In this document: positions 61,078 to 64,000 of the stretch, piece after piece
Layout of the letters: every line of letters starts with the position of its first letter
How positions within the stretch are numbered: the stretch's first letter is position 1
Source of the DNA: Rhizodiscina lignyota
Taxonomy: Eukaryota
NCBI GenBank assembly: GCA_010015805.1
Contig: ML978131.1
Coordinates: 124,001 to 188,000 of the forward strand
DNA length: 64,000 nt
Reading direction: 5' to 3'
Translations under genes and position numbers: made by a program
The notes under the pieces: model-generated
The model's input: the letters and a program-made list of their open reading frames with translations, nothing else
Database searches by the model: none
Told to the model about the DNA's origin: nothing

Positions 61078-61905
61078 TTACGTAAATATCTTTATCATAG
61101 CTTGATCTATTGCCTCCAATTGCCCTTTAAAGGCGTCCTCGAGGAATTCTTCTGCTCTTTGCAAACGCATGCCTAATCTTGAGAGCAAGCCTAGCCCCTT
61201 TTCCAGCAGTGGATTTTCGGGGCCCATATCAAGGTCCAAGAATTCAGAAACCTTGTCAGCGATTTTTCTTACAGCGTTGAACTTCTTTTTAATTTTTTGT
61301 CTGCGAGCGGCTAGTACGAGCATTGCGCGCTCTACGAGTTCCCTTGTAGGCCGGTGATGGTGCGTGGAGTGCATGACCGTATCATTGTCGGCGTCGTAAA
61401 AGTTGAACTGGGAAAAGTCGATGTCGGAATCGTGTTCATCGAAGGGTGGATTATTGACAAGAGTTGGGCATCTGCTGTCGAATGACTCGGTGTCGGTCGA
61501 GCTTGTGGCTTTCTCCTTGCCCTTCATCTCGGAGCTAACGGGAGCCGAGTCCGTGTTACTTTCGGAGACTTCATCTTGAGGATGCTGCGTTTGCGGTAGT
61601 GCTGCAGCACCAAGGGAGACTGCTGTACTCTGTGCTTCGCTTGGAGTTTCGTGGGCGTAGCTCTCAAGCAGCGCTCTTTGCTGTGGAGTGAGGATATTGT
61701 TGTTGGTGATTTCAAGAAGCAATTGTCCGGTCATCGTATGTGCGAGAATAAGAAGGCGGATATATTCTCCAATCCCGAGGGTTACGTTGCCTGCGTTGGC
61801 AGAGCCGTCGGCAGCTGGACTCGAACGCGCAGCATTTTGATATTCTCTCGGCAGCCCGGCTGGCTGCTGGCCGGAAGAGGTAGTTTCAGTATTGTAGCTC
61901 GACAT
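61078..61905 (-). CDS. Hypothetical protein (low-complexity middle, helical C-terminus)
   Basis: ~275-codon ATG-initiated ORF (MSSYNTETT...); no family recognised. Confidence 0.5.
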   Translation of the reverse strand: MSSYNTETTSSGQQPAGLPREYQNAARSSPAADGSANAGNVTLGIGEYIRLLILAHTMTGQLLLEITNNNILTPQQRALLESYAHETPSEAQSTAVSLGAAALPQTQHPQDEVSESNTDSAPVSSEMKGKEKATSSTDTESFDSRCPTLVNNPPFDEHDSDIDFSQFNFYDADNDTVMHSTHHHRPTRELVERAMLVLAARRQKIKKKFNAVRKIADKVSEFLDLDMGPENPLLEKGLGLLSRLGMRLQRAEEFLEDAFKGQLEAIDQAMIKIFT

Positions 61906-62697
61906 CTTGGACTTTTTTTTTGGCCTTTCAGTGGCGCTGCCACTGCGTCCACGAATCCGAATCCACAGGAGTCGGCGTGCGCTCTCTGCGGCGGCGTTGA
62001 CCCCTATGTGGAGAGCCCGCACTTTCGAGGGCGGGAACGTCGTTGGTTTCAAAATGACGTCGCGATTCCAACTGTATGTCCTTGTATTGAAAATACAAGA
62101 AAGTGAGGAGAAAAAGTATCACACACACGAAGAGAACCAAGACCACGACTTCAGTAAAGGAGCTATCTAATTCGGTAACGACGCGTTCAGGGGCCATGAA
62201 GCTGTTGCTTTGCAATTGTCGAAACCTGAGGGGTAGAAAGGTATGCAATGCTCTCGAGAATGCGCAGGAAGACCGTGTTATATATACTGACACGGTGCAA
62301 GGGCCACGTTCATCACCAGCAGGCCTTAACCGCCTGTACGACGATGGGCATGACGCTCGACGAGCACAGTGCTATTCACGTTCAAATGACACTATCAAAA
62401 GCACGAGGTGAAGGAATTTATGGCAGGATTTGTTGAGAAAGATCATGTGCAGGGTTTCTGATGGATATCAAGTCATATGATATGTAAGTAATGTCACATA
62501 GAATAAAACCTTCCATAAATTGTTCCAACGCCGCTGCCCATGGACTCTACAGTTTTCCCCTTGCCCTACACGGTGAAGAATATCCTCCGCTAAAAGTACA
62601 TGCCCAGACTCGTGCCTTGGTCACAATGCCAGCTAAATCATCGCCGGAAATGTCCCACCAGCCCTTCTAATTGGTGATCAAGTCCGCGCCGTTCTGC

Positions 62698-63243
62698 TTA
62701 AGTGACGGCTCCATTCCCACGAGGAGCACCGGCATCCGCGCGATCCATAGCCGCCTTCAGTTCCAGTTGTGCAATCTCCAACTGGCTGCTCAGGAAGCGG
62801 ATTTCCTCAAATTTAGCACGGATCTCCGGAGTAATCGGTCGCGTTGACACACTGCCGCTGACGCGGGAATTGCCACCAGCCATTTGCCCATCGATGCGAG
62901 AGCCGCGCTTAAGCAGGTCGAGGACTTCGAAGGTCGCATCTTTTCGAATTGCCTCCATGGCGGGATTGGCCCAGATCGAGACCATGCGGCTGTAGAGCGT
63001 CTGCTCTGTTGGTGAGAGACGCTCATGTCGGTCCGTTTTCGGCTTTATCAGCATGGCGATGGCCATGGCGTAGAAGACATCGAATGCTTCGGTTGTGCTC
63101 TCGGAGTCATTGTTCGCAGTAGAAGATGCGCTGTGCTGTGCGGAAGATGCGATGCTCGGTGGATAAGATGCACCGCTCGATGGGTAAGCACCTCTCGGCA
63201 GATATGAATGACCACCTGTTGATCGGGAGTAGAAGCTCGACAT
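62698..63243 (-). CDS. Hypothetical protein, Ser-rich N-terminus and coiled-coil C-terminus
   Basis: 181-aa ORF from MSSFYSRS; no family recognised. Confidence 0.5.
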   Translation of the reverse strand: MSSFYSRSTGGHSYLPRGAYPSSGASYPPSIASSAQHSASSTANNDSESTTEAFDVFYAMAIAMLIKPKTDRHERLSPTEQTLYSRMVSIWANPAMEAIRKDATFEVLDLLKRGSRIDGQMAGGNSRVSGSVSTRPITPEIRAKFEEIRFLSSQLEIAQLELKAAMDRADAGAPRGNGAVT

Positions 63244-63639
63244 TATGTTCGATGAGTTCTTTGGAGACCAGGTGTGCAGATGTAGTTGGAAGAGTGTGTT
63301 CAATCGCCAACCGAGCAGGCCGGTATGGCTTTATATCCTGTGATCTGACCCGTTGTCAATGGCTCTTGTCGGACTCGGCAAACTTGATGTGTTTTGTACT
63401 CTGTACAACATCTCCTTCACCACCAGTATATCCGAATCGGATAATCCTTGTGGGCGCTTGTAGCAAATGATACACAGGCGCTAAATGAGCTCATTTTCAG
63501 GTTACCCAATTTATAGAATTTGAATCGACCGAAAAGCAGTACTGCTAAATCACGAACATGAATTGACATCGACCATTTTCCGATGATCAACGACTCCATC
63601 ATACCGATTGATGAACACAGCCCGTAGATATTACTACTA

Positions 63640-63999
63640 TCAACCCTGACCCCAACCAGAGTCCCAGCCCCAGCGGCCCCAACCTGGGCCAAAAGCGGAC
63701 CATTCAATGCCAGTCCCGCCATTGTTATTCCTGCCAGGTGATCGTCCCCCTTGAGTTCGTGCCCCTCTGCCCTGCTGAGAAGCACCTCCAGCATTCTGAG
63801 AAATCCGTCGAGACTTGGCCCTGACACGTTTATTTTCTTGCTGGGCTTCTCGAAGTTGTAACTGAGCAGCCCGACGCTCATGACGCACGCGTTGTAAGTC
63901 CCTCCTCATCTGTGCCAGTTCGGCTAGCAAGTGATCCACCAATGGGCCTCCCCACGCTGGGGTTCTTTCGCGCTCATGATGATGGCCAAGACCACGTGT
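63640..63999 (-). CDS. Partial hypothetical coiled-coil protein (5' end outside the window)
   Basis: Frame is open to the window edge; heptad-like LLAELAQMRRDLQRVRHERRAAQLQLREAQQENKR and a Gly/Trp-rich tail. Confidence 0.4.
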   Translation of the reverse strand, partial: TRGLGHHHERERTPAWGGPLVDHLLAELAQMRRDLQRVRHERRAAQLQLREAQQENKRVRAKSRRISQNAGGASQQGRGARTQGGRSPGRNNNGGTGIEWSAFGPGWGRWGWDSGWGQG

Positions 64000-64000
64000 C

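Noticed and set aside
1..64000. tRNA, rRNA, CRISPR arrays, intact transposase/retroelement, NRPS/PKS
   Set aside because: No supporting motifs seen; the sequence is eukaryotic with spliceosomal introns.

Overview
Intron-containing fungal (Pezizomycotina-type) genomic DNA with about 30 protein-coding genes. The flanks carry conserved genes: XLF, cactin and a forkhead TF on the left, IQGAP and IMPDH on the right. The middle is an accessory-like block. The best find is a compact candidate fungal RiPP (dikaritin-like) cluster at ~28.4-38.5 kb: five membrane-anchored HxxHC...HxxHC (DUF3328/UstYa-like) oxidases, a UstQ-like tyrosinase and a tiny 56-aa secreted precursor. Unlike the familiar multi-repeat kexin-processed precursors, it has a single core. 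After the signal peptide and a VR site come six perfect X-Ala/X-Pro dipeptides (DA-DA-TA-AA-KA-EP), which would leave the nonapeptide YLICVNCSY (Tyr at both ends, CxxC inside). Also present: a putative organosulfur-scavenging cluster (two DszA/NtaA-family monooxygenases, an SSS transporter and an MDR oxidoreductase, with CYS-3/MetR-like sites), a 160-bp TA-flanked MITE inside the RiPP cluster, an snR54-like C/D snoRNA with an apparent second LSU rRNA guide in an IMPDH intron, HET and GNAT pseudogene fragments, and a small secreted SH3b-like protein. All calls come from manual motif recognition; no database searches were run, and exon boundaries were placed by eye.
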